Part shown: piece by piece, positions 27,231-37,929 of the stretch | How the letters are laid out: each line of letters starts with the position of its first letter | How positions within the stretch are numbered: the first letter of the stretch is position 1 | NCBI GenBank assembly: GCA_963666275.2 | Contig: CAXXOA010000001.1 | Span: forward strand, 1,824,001-1,888,000 | Direction: 5' to 3' | DNA from: Oceanispirochaeta sp. | GTDB taxonomy: Bacteria > Spirochaetota > Spirochaetia > DSM-2461 | Length of the DNA: 64,000 nt | Made by a program: the position numbers and the translations under genes | The notes under the pieces: generated by a model | What the model was told of the DNA's origin: nothing | Seen by the model: the letters and a program-made list of their open reading frames with translations, nothing else | The model's database searches: none

Positions 27231-28811
27231 GTGAAAAGAGGACCATTTGCCGGTAGAACAATAAGCATCGTCAATGATCTGTCCCGGGATGAACAGCTGT
27301 ACCTATACAGAAAAACAGCAGAACTGAAGAAAAAATATCTCAATAACGAAGATGTTTCGGAATTCAGGATTAATGACCCGGATATGTCTGCCTATCTGAT
27401 ATTTATGGAGAACAGTACCAGGACGAAAGAGTCCTTCCGTAATGCTGCTCAGTTCCATGATATCAAACTGAATATATTTGATGCCCAGAGCTCGTCTTTC
27501 AGTAAACAGGAAAGTTATCTTGATACCATAAAAATGCTTTTCGGTTACAGCAAAAGATCCCTGTTTATCATGAGGACAGGGGAGGAAGGGGTCTGCCGCT
27601 TTCTGGATGAGGAACTGGATAAATATGCGGAAAAAACCGGCTATGACAGAGCTGCCTTTATCAACGGCGGTGATGGAAAGCATGAACACCCCACCCAGGA
27701 ATTTCTGGATGAGTTTACTTTTCTTGAAAAAAAAGACTGGGACAACAGCGAAATCCATATTGTTCTGACAGGAGACCTCTATCATGGAAGAACAGTCCAT
27801 TCCAAAGTGGCGGGACTCAACATCTTTGAAAAGGTCAAGGTTGACCTGATAGCTCCTTCAGAGCTTGCCATGCCTGATTACTACGAAAGACAGATGGTGC
27901 ACAACGGCTTCGAAGTCCGGAAATTCGACTCCATAAAGGAGTATCTGGGGCAGGAGGATATCGCTGATATCTGGTATTTTACGCGTCTCCAGCTGGAACG
28001 GATGGGTGACAAAGTCAAAGAGAAAGAACAGCAGCTGCGTGATGCCGTTACTTTTCGGAAAGAGTATATGGACAAGGTTCCTGGGAGTTCAAAATTTTAC
28101 CATCCTCTTCCCCGGCATAAAGTGTATCCCGTTATCCCCGGATTCCTTGATGAAACAGATTTTAACGGATGGGATGAGCAGAGTATCAATGGTTTTTTTA
28201 CAAGGACTATTGAAATTGCCATGGTCGGAGGTAAACTGGGCGATGACTTCAGGGGATCCGGCTACGACAGTCCCGAAGGAGCTGATGATTTCATTGAACC
28301 CATCGCTATTACCCGGAAATCTCTGGTACAGGATAAATACAAAGTCGGTATTAAACCTGTGGATGAAGGGATTGTCATTGATCATATCGGCAAGGGTGAG
28401 GACGTGGAAACCATCTGGCATATGATTGATAAAATACGGAGAATCCTGAAACTGAACTGCCGCAGTTCCCATGGTGTTTTTCATACAGGTGATGGAAATA
28501 CCTTCAAAGGGATTATCTCTCTTCCGGACATTCTCTCCCTGAATGATGTGGATATCAAAAAACTGGCAGCTGTAGCTCCCGGATGTACATTGAACCGGAT
28601 CTCAGATCAATCGGTGAAAGAGAAGTTCAGACTTCATATGCCTCCCAAGATATACAATTTTGAGGAGATCTCCTGTAAAAATGAGAACTGCATCTCACAT
28701 CCTCAGAAATTTCAGCATGTAAAAACATTCTTCATACGGTCTGATGAGAACAGATTTGTCTGCAAGTACTGTGAGAAGAGTCACTCTTTTAATGAGATCT
28801 GGGATATCTAA
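27231..28811 (+). CDS. pyrBI: Aspartate carbamoyltransferase, fused catalytic + regulatory chains
   Basis: ENSTRTKESF, HEHPTQ, GRTVHS, TRLQLER, HPLPR, then GIVIDHI and Zn motif CKNENC..CKYC. Confidence 0.93.
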   Translation: MKRGPFAGRTISIVNDLSRDEQLYLYRKTAELKKKYLNNEDVSEFRINDPDMSAYLIFMENSTRTKESFRNAAQFHDIKLNIFDAQSSSFSKQESYLDTIKMLFGYSKRSLFIMRTGEEGVCRFLDEELDKYAEKTGYDRAAFINGGDGKHEHPTQEFLDEFTFLEKKDWDNSEIHIVLTGDLYHGRTVHSKVAGLNIFEKVKVDLIAPSELAMPDYYERQMVHNGFEVRKFDSIKEYLGQEDIADIWYFTRLQLERMGDKVKEKEQQLRDAVTFRKEYMDKVPGSSKFYHPLPRHKVYPVIPGFLDETDFNGWDEQSINGFFTRTIEIAMVGGKLGDDFRGSGYDSPEGADDFIEPIAITRKSLVQDKYKVGIKPVDEGIVIDHIGKGEDVETIWHMIDKIRRILKLNCRSSHGVFHTGDGNTFKGIISLPDILSLNDVDIKKLAAVAPGCTLNRISDQSVKEKFRLHMPPKIYNFEEISCKNENCISHPQKFQHVKTFFIRSDENRFVCKYCEKSHSFNEIWDI

Positions 28812-28840
28812 CAGTCCTTTGTACTGTTCAATCCTGAAAT

Positions 28841-28872
28841 AAAAAAAGAGTCCCTTTCCGGGACTCTTTTTT
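28841..28872. terminator. Bidirectional intrinsic terminator (pyrBI/PBP1A)
   Basis: A-tract-GAGTCCC...GGGACTC-T-tract. Confidence 0.85.
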
Positions 28873-28922
28873 ATTGTTACCCATACAGGGCATTCCCCGG
28901 AGGGAAACTTTTCCCTGGGAGA

Positions 28923-31460
28923 TTAATCCAGCAGGTAGGTGTTCTCGCTGCTGCTCTGATCATTGGAAAAGGGATCATCCAGCAGAAAATCCATCATTCC
29001 GGAATCAATTTCGTCATACCCTGTGTCTGTATCGGAGGAATCACTAAAAGGATCTTCCAAAAGACCCACACCGTCCACACTGATCATTTCGGTGGCAAAA
29101 TCATTCAGGTACTTCTGAGTCATAGTTTCATCTCTGGACTGCTCAAAGGGGTGGATAGTACAAAAGCCTTTCGGCTCTGTTCCGGCCAGGAATATTTCAT
29201 GGATGGTTTCCGGACAGAGATCTGTCGGCAGAGATCCGGATTCCTCACAGACTTCCATTTCCACTAGTCCCGTATTGGGTTTGGCAAACTGTTTAACAGG
29301 AAGCTGGCTGTTGATGTAGGCCATGTATTCACCCCACATCCATCCTGTTGCGGTGGCACCAGTCTGATTGACACCGAGCGAACTTCCCCTCTGGTCAAAA
29401 CCGGCCCACATGATGGTGGTAAAATAGGGAGAGAATCCGGAGGTCCAGGCATCAGCCCAGTTCTGGGTTGTTCCGGTTTTTCCTCCCATGGGCATCCTTG
29501 CAAATCCGTCAACATAACGGGGGAGGTGCTTCAGAGTTCCCTCCTGTACTGTGGACTGGAGAAGATTTACCATAATATAGGCTTCCTGAGGACTCATGAC
29601 CTGAAGATCCTCTTTTTTCTGTTCATCCCGGAGTTCCCGTTCAGGATTCAGGATGATTTCACCATTCCTGTCCTCAACATAGCGGATCGCAATGGGTTCC
29701 ACAGATTTTCCCTGATTGGGAAATGTGGCAAAGGCCCTTGCCATCCGGATGGGGGAAATTGTAATAACACCCAGTCCGAGGGGGTATACCCGTGGAAACC
29801 GTCTTCCGATTTCTACAGGATCGGAGATTCCCAGCAGACGGGAAGCCCTGTTAATGGCCGCTTCAAATCCGATTCCCTCCAGAACCGTGATGGAAGGAAC
29901 ATTCATGGAGTGAGCCAGAGCCTCTCTGAGCCTTACTGCGCCCTCCCATTCGCCTTTGTAGTTCATAGGAGTATAGGAGGACCCGTCAGGACTGCGGAAG
30001 ACTTTGGGGCCGTCATAGATCCTTGTGGCAGGGGTGTATTTGCGGGAGGAGATGGCTGCTGAATAGTAAAGGGGTTTAAAAGTGGACCCCGGCATCAATT
30101 CACCGTCTACAGCCCTGTTGAACTGGTTGGTTCTGCTGAACTCGCTGCCGCCGATCATAGCCAGGATGTAACCTGTCTCATTTTCCAGTGTTATAAGAGC
30201 CGATTCAACTGTAGACTGCTGGTTCTTCTGAACAGAATTGTTGTAGGAGAACTGAGCCAGATAGTTCATGTCGCTCATACCGAACATGAGAGAGAGCACA
30301 TCCATGGTGGGATTTATGTTTTCGTAAAACTCATCTTTTGCCCGAATGCGTTCCTGGGAACCGGCAATCCGGATATCTTCTATGTTAAATACAAGAGAAA
30401 GAAGATCAATCATTGGTACATACTGATCATCCACAACATCCATTCTATTTCCGATGTTCTCTCTATAATTCTTATTCCAGCGGACAAGACCCTGTTTTAC
30501 AATTTCATCCGCTTTCTGCTGGAAATCCAGGTTCAGAGTCGTATGAACAGTGTAGCCGTCCCGATAGATATCCTGTTTTCCATAGAGCATTTCATCAAGT
30601 TCCGTCCGGATATACTCGCTGAACCAGGGCGCCTGATCCTCCCTGTCAAAGAAAGCGGTGGTCTGATTGTCCCGGGACCAGTCATAGCGGTTATTCCAGT
30701 AATCAGCCATGGTAAGATCCGCATCCTGTCTGGTGATGTAACCGTTGTTAACCATCTGGTCAACGATCTCACTCTGGACTTTTCTGGCTCTCTCGGGATA
30801 GCGGATGGGGGAATAGAGACCGGGGCGTACAAGCTGGATAACAAGCATGACAGACTCGGCTACTGTATTTTCTTCTGCGGAATGGCGGAAAAAGAATTCC
30901 GATGCCGCTTCCACACCGTATGTATTGTGACCGAAAGGCATCTTGTTGATATACATTTCCAGAATTTCATACTTGGTAAGCTGTCTTTCCAGCTGGAAGG
31001 CCCACCAGAGCTCTTTCAGTTTTCTGGTGACAGAGATATCGCTTCTGTCTGCATATAAATGACCGGCCAGCTGCTGTGTCAGAGTACTTCCTCCGGAAAA
31101 ATACTGGCCTGTTATAATTTTAACAACCGCCCGGACGGTACCGTACAGGGAAAATCCGTTGTGTTTGAAAAAAGAGCCGTCTTCCCTTGTGATAAGGGCA
31201 TAAATGAGACTTTCGGGAAGATCATTGATTGATACTATTTCTCTTTTTTCATCGGAAAAAAATTCTGTGATCAGATTGCCGTTAATATCAAGGATCTGTG
31301 AGGGAAGGGCCGGATTATCCTCTCCGAAGTTTTCCATATTCTTGATATTGTAATTGGTGGCAAGCATCAATCCTGTTGAAATGCCAATCCCTGCAGTAAA
31401 GAGGGCCAGAAGGGACGTAAAAATCAGTACAATCAGTTTGCGCTTACCAGTAAAAATCAT
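28923..31460 (-). CDS. Class A penicillin-binding protein (PBP1A)
   Basis: TM anchor, REDGSFFKH, GGSTLTQQL, RKLKE (transglycosylase); STFK, SMN, KTG (transpeptidase). Confidence 0.93.
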   Translation of the reverse strand: MIFTGKRKLIVLIFTSLLALFTAGIGISTGLMLATNYNIKNMENFGEDNPALPSQILDINGNLITEFFSDEKREIVSINDLPESLIYALITREDGSFFKHNGFSLYGTVRAVVKIITGQYFSGGSTLTQQLAGHLYADRSDISVTRKLKELWWAFQLERQLTKYEILEMYINKMPFGHNTYGVEAASEFFFRHSAEENTVAESVMLVIQLVRPGLYSPIRYPERARKVQSEIVDQMVNNGYITRQDADLTMADYWNNRYDWSRDNQTTAFFDREDQAPWFSEYIRTELDEMLYGKQDIYRDGYTVHTTLNLDFQQKADEIVKQGLVRWNKNYRENIGNRMDVVDDQYVPMIDLLSLVFNIEDIRIAGSQERIRAKDEFYENINPTMDVLSLMFGMSDMNYLAQFSYNNSVQKNQQSTVESALITLENETGYILAMIGGSEFSRTNQFNRAVDGELMPGSTFKPLYYSAAISSRKYTPATRIYDGPKVFRSPDGSSYTPMNYKGEWEGAVRLREALAHSMNVPSITVLEGIGFEAAINRASRLLGISDPVEIGRRFPRVYPLGLGVITISPIRMARAFATFPNQGKSVEPIAIRYVEDRNGEIILNPERELRDEQKKEDLQVMSPQEAYIMVNLLQSTVQEGTLKHLPRYVDGFARMPMGGKTGTTQNWADAWTSGFSPYFTTIMWAGFDQRGSSLGVNQTGATATGWMWGEYMAYINSQLPVKQFAKPNTGLVEMEVCEESGSLPTDLCPETIHEIFLAGTEPKGFCTIHPFEQSRDETMTQKYLNDFATEMISVDGVGLLEDPFSDSSDTDTGYDEIDSGMMDFLLDDPFSNDQSSSENTYLLD

Positions 31461-31505
31461 AGTCTAAAAGTACGTGTGACCCGGGAGTTTGTCAAGAAGG
31501 GGAGG

Positions 31506-32495
31506 TCATTGCTTTTCAAGCAATATTTCAGGAATCATGGTGATTCTGAAAGAATCCCGCATTTCTGCTGTAAATTCCCGGCTGAGCTGGTAATCTCCGA
31601 TTTCAAATCGAATGATATGGGTCCCGGGCTGTACTTCAAAAGATTGAGAGAGTTCTTCCGGAGTCACAGGTTTTTCATCCAGGAATACTTTCATTCCCTC
31701 TATCGTATTAATACGCAGTGTGGGAAACTGCTGCTGCAGAACATGGTCCAGAACAAGTGTCTCTCCGGCGGAAAGAGCGAATTCGATCGTATCCTCCACT
31801 CCGGATTCACTTCTTATCTGAATCGTATGAAGTCCTGCATCCACGACTGTATCACGGGAGGGATCCTCCATGATTTTCCCGTCTATCTGAAAATAAAGGG
31901 GATCCTCTACCGGAAGCCCCTGGCTGTTGAGAACATTCAGCCTGACAATTCCTTTCTGGAAATATACAGGTTCAACCTTATAGGAAACACGGGCATTGTA
32001 GATATCATCGGGGATTCCCTTGGTGATAGGAAGAATCGTCATAATGAGGGGAAATTCGGAAAGCTTGTTTTTTTCTGATACAAGGAATGTCGCCCGGTCG
32101 GGAGAAAGGGTATGGGTATCAGAGAGAGGTATGATAAAGCTTACAGGTTTGCCGAAATCCATAAAGCGCATATATGTCTGGGTACCTTTATAGCTTGTCT
32201 GATCAGGAGACGGGACGCTATCAAGATTTTTATAGAAGTAGAGAGCGAAACTGTTACGGTAAAGGGTCAGAGAGTCATCTGCTGTAACAGTAATTTTCAA
32301 TCCCTGAAGGAGAGGCGTCAGAGGTTCCTGCAGGATCAGACCTACGAGGGATTCTACAGAACCTTCGAGAATTTCAGTTTTTCCATGGGAGAATTCCAGG
32401 ATCCCCGAAACAGGACCTCTGATATTTTCCGCACTGACCGAAAAGAGAATCATAAGAGAAAAAAGTATGTGAGACAGTAACTTTTTCAGATTCAT
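31506..32495 (-). CDS. Exported hypothetical protein with PEGA-like C-terminal repeats
   Basis: Signal peptide; IDGK..GLHTIQI and LDEK..GTHIIRF repeats; overlaps the upstream gene. Confidence 0.6.
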   Translation of the reverse strand: MNLKKLLSHILFSLMILFSVSAENIRGPVSGILEFSHGKTEILEGSVESLVGLILQEPLTPLLQGLKITVTADDSLTLYRNSFALYFYKNLDSVPSPDQTSYKGTQTYMRFMDFGKPVSFIIPLSDTHTLSPDRATFLVSEKNKLSEFPLIMTILPITKGIPDDIYNARVSYKVEPVYFQKGIVRLNVLNSQGLPVEDPLYFQIDGKIMEDPSRDTVVDAGLHTIQIRSESGVEDTIEFALSAGETLVLDHVLQQQFPTLRINTIEGMKVFLDEKPVTPEELSQSFEVQPGTHIIRFEIGDYQLSREFTAEMRDSFRITMIPEILLEKQ

Positions 32496-33391
32496 AGTCC
32501 GCCTGTGTTTAATAAATTCTCTGGATTCTGAGGCAATCCGTTTTTTCTTATTTCAAAGTGCAGATGGGGGCCGGTGGATAATCCGGTGTTTCCGGATCTT
32601 CCTATAACATCACCTTCATCCACGATTTGTCCTTTTGTTACATCTATGCTGTTCAAATGACCATAGAGACTGGTATATCCGTTTCTATGCTGAATTATAA
32701 TGTATTTCCCGTAATCTTCCAATTCTCCATAGGCAAAAATTTCCCCATTTGAACAACTTCTTACAGGGGTTCCCACAGAGGCTCTGTAGTCTGTCCCTTT
32801 ATGCAGTTCCCATTGTCCTGTAAAAGGATGGTCTCTGTAACCGTAGGGAGATGTCACATAAAGAGTTTCGAGCGGCGGCAGGAAGAGGGGCTGAATAAAA
32901 CGGATCCTCTGAGAATCGGGCAGGTAGGTGCCGGGAAAATATCTGAACTCTTTTCTGGTTTCATCTATGGTCAGGACAATAGACTGGAATTCCTGCTCTT
33001 TCAGAGATTCTGCCAGGAGTCTGTTCCATCGGGATGTGCTATTCTGATCGAGAAATACTCCGGGATTGGAAGGTATAATGAGCAGTGAACCCGGTTCAAA
33101 CTCGTAAATACTCTGAAATCCGTTTATTGTTGCCAGTGTATCAATGGGCAGGTTGAATACTGCGGCCAGCTGAAAAAGTGAGTCATCAGGCTTTGAACGA
33201 TACTGATAGATGGAGAGCGGGGGCGCAGGCCTTGCTCTTGCCTGGTTGAAATACCAGGATTCGGTTTCTTTCTGCTGTTGTTTGAAAAGCGGGTCGGAAA
33301 TGACAGAAGTATGCCGGATCTCGGGATAATTCTGCGCCTGTACGCCGGCATACAGGAATAAAATCATAAAAAAACAGAAATAGTATTTCAT
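32492..33391 (-). CDS. LysM/M23 family peptidoglycan endopeptidase
   Basis: LysM-like DSLFQLA..LATING; HKGTD, SLYGHL, GPHLHFE. Confidence 0.9.
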   Translation of the reverse strand: MKYYFCFFMILFLYAGVQAQNYPEIRHTSVISDPLFKQQQKETESWYFNQARARPAPPLSIYQYRSKPDDSLFQLAAVFNLPIDTLATINGFQSIYEFEPGSLLIIPSNPGVFLDQNSTSRWNRLLAESLKEQEFQSIVLTIDETRKEFRYFPGTYLPDSQRIRFIQPLFLPPLETLYVTSPYGYRDHPFTGQWELHKGTDYRASVGTPVRSCSNGEIFAYGELEDYGKYIIIQHRNGYTSLYGHLNSIDVTKGQIVDEGDVIGRSGNTGLSTGPHLHFEIRKNGLPQNPENLLNTGGL

Positions 33392-34215
33392 GATAGAAAA
33401 GCAAGGTACTCATCGGAAACCGGTTTTCTGCCGCCCCCCAGGCCCAGTTTTCTGTCTTTCCTGTTCTCTCCGTGATAATCAGAACCTCCGGTAACAAACA
33501 ATCCCAGGGAATCGGCCAGCTTTTCAAGACGGTTCCCCTGATTTGCGTTGGCTCCTGAATGCCAGGCTTCAATCCCTTCAATTCCCATGGCCTTCCACTC
33601 TTCCAGTCTCGCAGGGAGTTTTCCCCAGGAAAGGTAGAGAGACAGGGGGTGGGCAATAACAGGATGACCCCCCGCATCTTTTATAAGCCTTAAGGCATCT
33701 TCCAGAAGAATAACCTTTTTAGGGATATAGTATTTCTGATCCACCCCCAGAAACTTGTCAAAGGCATGTTTCATACTCTTGGCAATATTCTTCTCAACCA
33801 GAAGTCTGGCAAAATGCGGCCGCGCAATAATGCGTCCTTTAGCGGTTTCTTTCAGTTCCTCTTCAGTAATATCAAATCCGTCTTTCTGCATAAGAGAAAG
33901 GATTTCACTGTTTCTGTTATTTCTGTGATGCCTGAGGAATTGAAGACTGCTTTCAAGCGAGGAGCCCCGCCAGTGTTCAAGGCCCAGGCCGAGAAGGTGG
34001 AACTCTCCGGGATGATGTTCAATTTCAAGCTCAATTCCCGGTACAAACTGTATACCCAATCTGATGGCGGCGTTTTCCGCTTCTTCCAGTCCATCCAGAG
34101 TATCATGATCTGTCAGTGCCAGAGCAGTTAAACCGATAGAAGAGGCTTTCTGGATTAATTCTGTGGGGGTCAATGTCCCGTCCGAACTGGTGGAATGGGT
34201 ATGAAGATCTATCAT
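33388..34215 (-). CDS. PHP-domain phosphoesterase (TrpH/YciV-like)
   Basis: IDLHTHSTSSDG, LTDHD, ARPHFA, IAHP, TGGSDYHG. Confidence 0.9.
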   Translation of the reverse strand: MIDLHTHSTSSDGTLTPTELIQKASSIGLTALALTDHDTLDGLEEAENAAIRLGIQFVPGIELEIEHHPGEFHLLGLGLEHWRGSSLESSLQFLRHHRNNRNSEILSLMQKDGFDITEEELKETAKGRIIARPHFARLLVEKNIAKSMKHAFDKFLGVDQKYYIPKKVILLEDALRLIKDAGGHPVIAHPLSLYLSWGKLPARLEEWKAMGIEGIEAWHSGANANQGNRLEKLADSLGLFVTGGSDYHGENRKDRKLGLGGGRKPVSDEYLAFLS

Positions 34216-34376
34216 AGAGGAAGCATAGACATTTAAAATTGATTTTTCAAGACAGAGTGTTTTGTAAAAAATATTAACTTATTCTTATAAGTGAAAGGGA
34301 ATATCTTTTAAATATGATTGACACGCAAGAGTACAAGGAATTAATATTCTAATAAGCCTTTACATCAGGAGACGGG

Positions 34377-35342
34377 ATGCCCCCAAAAGCTATAAATTAT
34401 AAAGCTAACTCAATTGTCTACTTCAGCGGGGATAAAGGGGAATTTGTCTATATCCTCCAGAAAGGCCAGGTTTCTCTGAACTCCCAGGACATCCAGACAG
34501 GTCAGGATCTCCATGATTTTGTTCAGACAGGTGAGTTTTTCGGCGTCAAAGCGGCATTCGGCCGTTACCCCCACGATGAAACGGCTGTCGTGCTTGTGGA
34601 TTCAACTATCATCCAGTTTTCCGTTGATGATTTTGAACAGCTCCTGTCGACCAATGACAGAGTCATTCTGAAAATGCTTAAAGTTTTTTCCAATCAGCTC
34701 AGGCGGATTCACAATCAGGTACAGAGCCTACTCTCTTCGGATGAAACCATCAATCAGGAAAAAGGTCTGTTTTCTGTAGGGGAGTACTATTTCAACAATA
34801 AAAAGTACAGACAGGCTGTAGATGCCTTCCGGCGCTATCTTATTTACTATCCCAGCGGAAGGTTTGAAGAAGAAGTCAGAAAGAAACTGGAATACGCGGA
34901 AACCCAGAAAAATTCCGCCATGGAAGAGTCAGAAAGCATTCAGACGACTCCTAAACCGGCAGCAGAAAAAAAATATACCATTGAAGAAGCCAGGCAGCTG
35001 CGGGACAGAAAAGATTACGCCGGTGCTTTTAATACCTATATCAAATCCATACAGGCCAATCCGGAAATCCGTCTTGAAGCGGAGTTCGAAGCGGGAATCT
35101 GTCTGTATGAACTGAATAAAACCAAAGATGTGATAACCCATTTCACAGGTATTCTGAAAAGGAATCCTGTTCACAAAAAGATGGGTGAGTGCCTCTATTA
35201 TATAGGGAAGTCTCATCTGGCCCAGAAAAATATGGATAAGGCCAGAGGTTTTCTTACTAAATCCGTTTCACTTATGAAAGAGGGATCTCCCGAATCAAGA
35301 GATGCCCTGCTCCTACTCAGTCAGATAGAGGAGAAATCCTGA
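34377..35342 (+). CDS. Cyclic-nucleotide-binding domain + TPR protein
   Basis: YILQKGQV..GEFFG cNMP fold; C-terminal TPR helices (YYPSG, LYYIGKS). Confidence 0.82.
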   Translation: MPPKAINYKANSIVYFSGDKGEFVYILQKGQVSLNSQDIQTGQDLHDFVQTGEFFGVKAAFGRYPHDETAVVLVDSTIIQFSVDDFEQLLSTNDRVILKMLKVFSNQLRRIHNQVQSLLSSDETINQEKGLFSVGEYYFNNKKYRQAVDAFRRYLIYYPSGRFEEEVRKKLEYAETQKNSAMEESESIQTTPKPAAEKKYTIEEARQLRDRKDYAGAFNTYIKSIQANPEIRLEAEFEAGICLYELNKTKDVITHFTGILKRNPVHKKMGECLYYIGKSHLAQKNMDKARGFLTKSVSLMKEGSPESRDALLLLSQIEEKS

Positions 35343-35344
35343 TT

Positions 35345-36007
35345 ATGGCCCTAGATTTATCTGTTTTCAACCGGTTTGCTGTTACCTTCAAAGCTGGTGA
35401 TATTATTTTCTGCGAATTCGAACCGGGAGATTCATTTTACCTGATTCAGTCGGGTAAAGTGAAAATCGTCAAGATTTTCGGTGATATTGAAAAAACCATT
35501 GATATCATGGAGCCCGGGGAATTTTTCGGAGAAATGGCCCTTCTTGAAGAAGCGCCCAGGAGTGCGTCGATCATTGCCATGGAAGAGACGAAACTTCTTG
35601 AATTCAACCGTCAGAATTTTGAAATCCTTATGAAAGGAAATCCTCAGATAGCTCTTAAGCTGCTGAAACTTTTTTCTAAGAGAATCTACGATCAGAAAAG
35701 GCGTTTTCAGATTCTCACTCTGGAAGATGAACATGCTAAAGTTGCCGACGTCTTCCTGATGCTGGCAGAAGGAATTACCCCCACAGAAGAGGAGGAGGAT
35801 TCCGGTAACAGGACTTTTTCCACAACAATTGACGACATAGCTCACTGGTGCGGAATGTCCCCGGCAAAATGCCGGTCCATACTGGAACATTTTTCCTCTC
35901 AGAGAAGAGTCGAGATTTTCAGTGATAAAATCATTGTGAAGAATATTAATGATTTCAAACGCTTTGTTTCAACAAGAAGAAAAAATCAGGATAAAAAAGA
36001 TAACTGA
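35345..36007 (+). CDS. Crp/Fnr family regulator
   Basis: FYLIQSGKV, GEFFGEMALL..PRSAS, C-terminal HTH-like TIDDIAHWCG. Confidence 0.88.
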   Translation: MALDLSVFNRFAVTFKAGDIIFCEFEPGDSFYLIQSGKVKIVKIFGDIEKTIDIMEPGEFFGEMALLEEAPRSASIIAMEETKLLEFNRQNFEILMKGNPQIALKLLKLFSKRIYDQKRRFQILTLEDEHAKVADVFLMLAEGITPTEEEEDSGNRTFSTTIDDIAHWCGMSPAKCRSILEHFSSQRRVEIFSDKIIVKNINDFKRFVSTRRKNQDKKDN

Positions 36008-36012
36008 TTTCC

Positions 36013-36381
36013 TTAGTGGAAATTCTTCAGAAATGCCAGTTCCTTTTCAATTTCCCCTTCGTTGGGAGTATTCAGTTCCAGTAAACGCCTGAGATGGATC
36101 ATACTGTCCAGATCTATCTCTTTGAAATAGAATCCCAGTTTTTCACCTTCTTTGTGAACCAGTACTGAAAGTGTTTTAATCTCAATGTCTGTGGAGACCA
36201 GTTTGATCCTGAGATCATAGGTTTCTTCCATCTCGAGTGAACTTTCAGGCATTTCCACCAGTATCCCTTTCAAAGAGATATTAAGCAGATTAAACGGTAG
36301 TTTTTCTGATTCACTTTTAAGAATATATCCATTGGTTTTAAAGTCAGCTCTGTAAAATTTTCTATGATCTTTTGAACTCAT
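36013..36381 (-). CDS. PilZ-domain c-di-GMP receptor
   Basis: RKFYR (RxxxR) and NISLKG (D/NxSxxG); IDLDSMIHLRRLLELN. Confidence 0.88.
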   Translation of the reverse strand: MSSKDHRKFYRADFKTNGYILKSESEKLPFNLLNISLKGILVEMPESSLEMEETYDLRIKLVSTDIEIKTLSVLVHKEGEKLGFYFKEIDLDSMIHLRRLLELNTPNEGEIEKELAFLKNFH

Positions 36382-36479
36382 ATAAGTTAATCCTCTTTCC
36401 TACAATTATTGTTTTATTTTTCCTCAGTGTCAATTTTGAAATGAAAAATAAAGCAGTAAGTCATTTTTTATGAAACCAC

Positions 36480-36507
36480 TTGAATATATTCTGTTTGAAT
36501 GTATAAT
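36480..36507 (+). promoter_or_regulatory. Putative sigma70 promoter of the tRNA gene
   Basis: TTGAAT-16 nt-TATAAT. Confidence 0.55.
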
Positions 36508-36523
36508 TGTCACCGTATTTAAT

Positions 36524-36595
36524 GCCAAAATAGCTCAGGGGTAGAGCAACGCTCTCGTAAAGCGTAGGTCGTGGGTTCAATTCCCACTTTTGGCT
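36524..36595 (+). tRNA. tRNA-Thr(CGT), CCA not encoded
   Basis: Acceptor GCCAAAA/TTTTGGC, D arm GCTC..GAGC, anticodon arm ACGCT-CTCGTAA-AGCGT, T arm GTGGG-TTCAATT-CCCAC. Confidence 0.95.
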
Positions 36596-36617
36596 GGATT
36601 GAAAATATATTACCAAT

Positions 36618-36648
36618 AAAAAAAGGCTGCCTGAGAGCAGCCTTTTTT
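36618..36648. terminator. Bidirectional intrinsic terminator (tRNA/dapL)
   Basis: A-tract-GGCTGC...GCAGCC-T-tract. Confidence 0.85.
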
Positions 36649-36664
36649 ATTATTTGTACAATTT

Positions 36665-37888
36665 TTATTTCAAAGCGTCTGAAATTCTTCCCATAGCTTT
36701 CTGGACATTCTCCAGGCTATTGAAAGCACTGATACGGATAAAACCTTCTCCGCAATTTCCAAATCCTGTACCGGGTGTTACCACAACGCCGGCCTCATTC
36801 AGAATTTTGTCAAAAGTTGCCCAGCTGTCGGTTCCTGTATTAACCCAGATATAGGGTGAGTTCTCTCCACCAGTACACTGGTATCCCGCTTCGGTCATAG
36901 CCTTGAGTATGATGGAAGCATTGTTCAGGTAGTAATCAATCAGCTCTTTTACTTCTTTCTTTCCTTCGGGAGAGTAGATTGCTGCAGCTGCTTTCTGAAC
37001 AGGGTAGGAGACTCCATTAAACTTGGTGGAATGCCGTCTGTTCCACAGGTCTTTCAGGGCGTACTCTTTGCCATTGGAGTCCCAGACCTTACAGGCTGAG
37101 GGAATCACCGTGTAGGCACATCTTGTCCCTGTGAAACCGGCTGTTTTTGAGTAGCTTCTGAACTCAACGGCAACCTCTTCGGCTCCGGGAATCTCAAAGA
37201 TACTGTGGGGGATGGAATCATCTCTGATAAAGGCCACATAAGCAGCATCAAACAGGATCAGGGCTTTATTCTTTTTTGCATAATCCACCCAGGCTTGAAG
37301 CTGTTCTTTTGTCGCTGTGGCTCCGGTGGGATTGTTGGGAAAGCAGAGATAGATAAGATCGGCTTCGACGCCTTCCGGGGAGGGAACGAAACCATTGTCT
37401 TCATTTCCTTCCATATAAACAAGACCTTCGTACCTGCCGTCAATGGACTTACCGGTTCTCCCGGCCATCACATTGGTATCCACATAGACTGGATACACAG
37501 GATCGGGTATGGCAACCCGGATATCATTGGAAAAAAGTTCCTGAAAGTTACCGGTATCGCATTTGGCACCGTCACTGACAAAAATATCATCCGCAGAGAT
37601 TTCTACACCCCGGCTTTTGTAGTCGTGTTCGGCAATCAGTTCTCTTAAAAAGGCATATCCTTTTTCAGGTCCGTAACCTTTGAAGGAACCCTCAGACGCC
37701 AGTTCATCAACACCTTCATGGAAGGCTTTCAGACAGGCTTCGGGAAGGGGTTTGGTCACATCACCAATACCCATTTTAATCAGTTCTTTTCCAGGATTTT
37801 TCGTCTGGAAATCCGCTACTCTTTTGGCTATCTCAACAAACAGATAGGACGCTTGCAGTTTTGAATAATTCTCATTAATTTGGATCAT
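36665..37888 (-). CDS. dapL: LL-diaminopimelate aminotransferase
   Basis: [46 protein letters not shown]. Confidence 0.95.
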   Translation of the reverse strand: MIQINENYSKLQASYLFVEIAKRVADFQTKNPGKELIKMGIGDVTKPLPEACLKAFHEGVDELASEGSFKGYGPEKGYAFLRELIAEHDYKSRGVEISADDIFVSDGAKCDTGNFQELFSNDIRVAIPDPVYPVYVDTNVMAGRTGKSIDGRYEGLVYMEGNEDNGFVPSPEGVEADLIYLCFPNNPTGATATKEQLQAWVDYAKKNKALILFDAAYVAFIRDDSIPHSIFEIPGAEEVAVEFRSYSKTAGFTGTRCAYTVIPSACKVWDSNGKEYALKDLWNRRHSTKFNGVSYPVQKAAAAIYSPEGKKEVKELIDYYLNNASIILKAMTEAGYQCTGGENSPYIWVNTGTDSWATFDKILNEAGVVVTPGTGFGNCGEGFIRISAFNSLENVQKAMGRISDALK

Positions 37889-37929
37889 AATGACATATTA
37901 TAGCGAGAATCATTATCAGTATCTATGAT

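Noticed and set aside
10049..36648. Shared AAAAAAGGCTGC...GCAGCCTTTTTT stems at 10049 and 36618 as a REP/MITE family
   Set aside because: Only two short copies with different loops, both in ordinary terminator positions
36524..36660. tRNA-Thr as the integration site of an island
   Set aside because: Followed directly by a terminator and the housekeeping gene dapL; no integrase or duplicated tRNA 3' end seen
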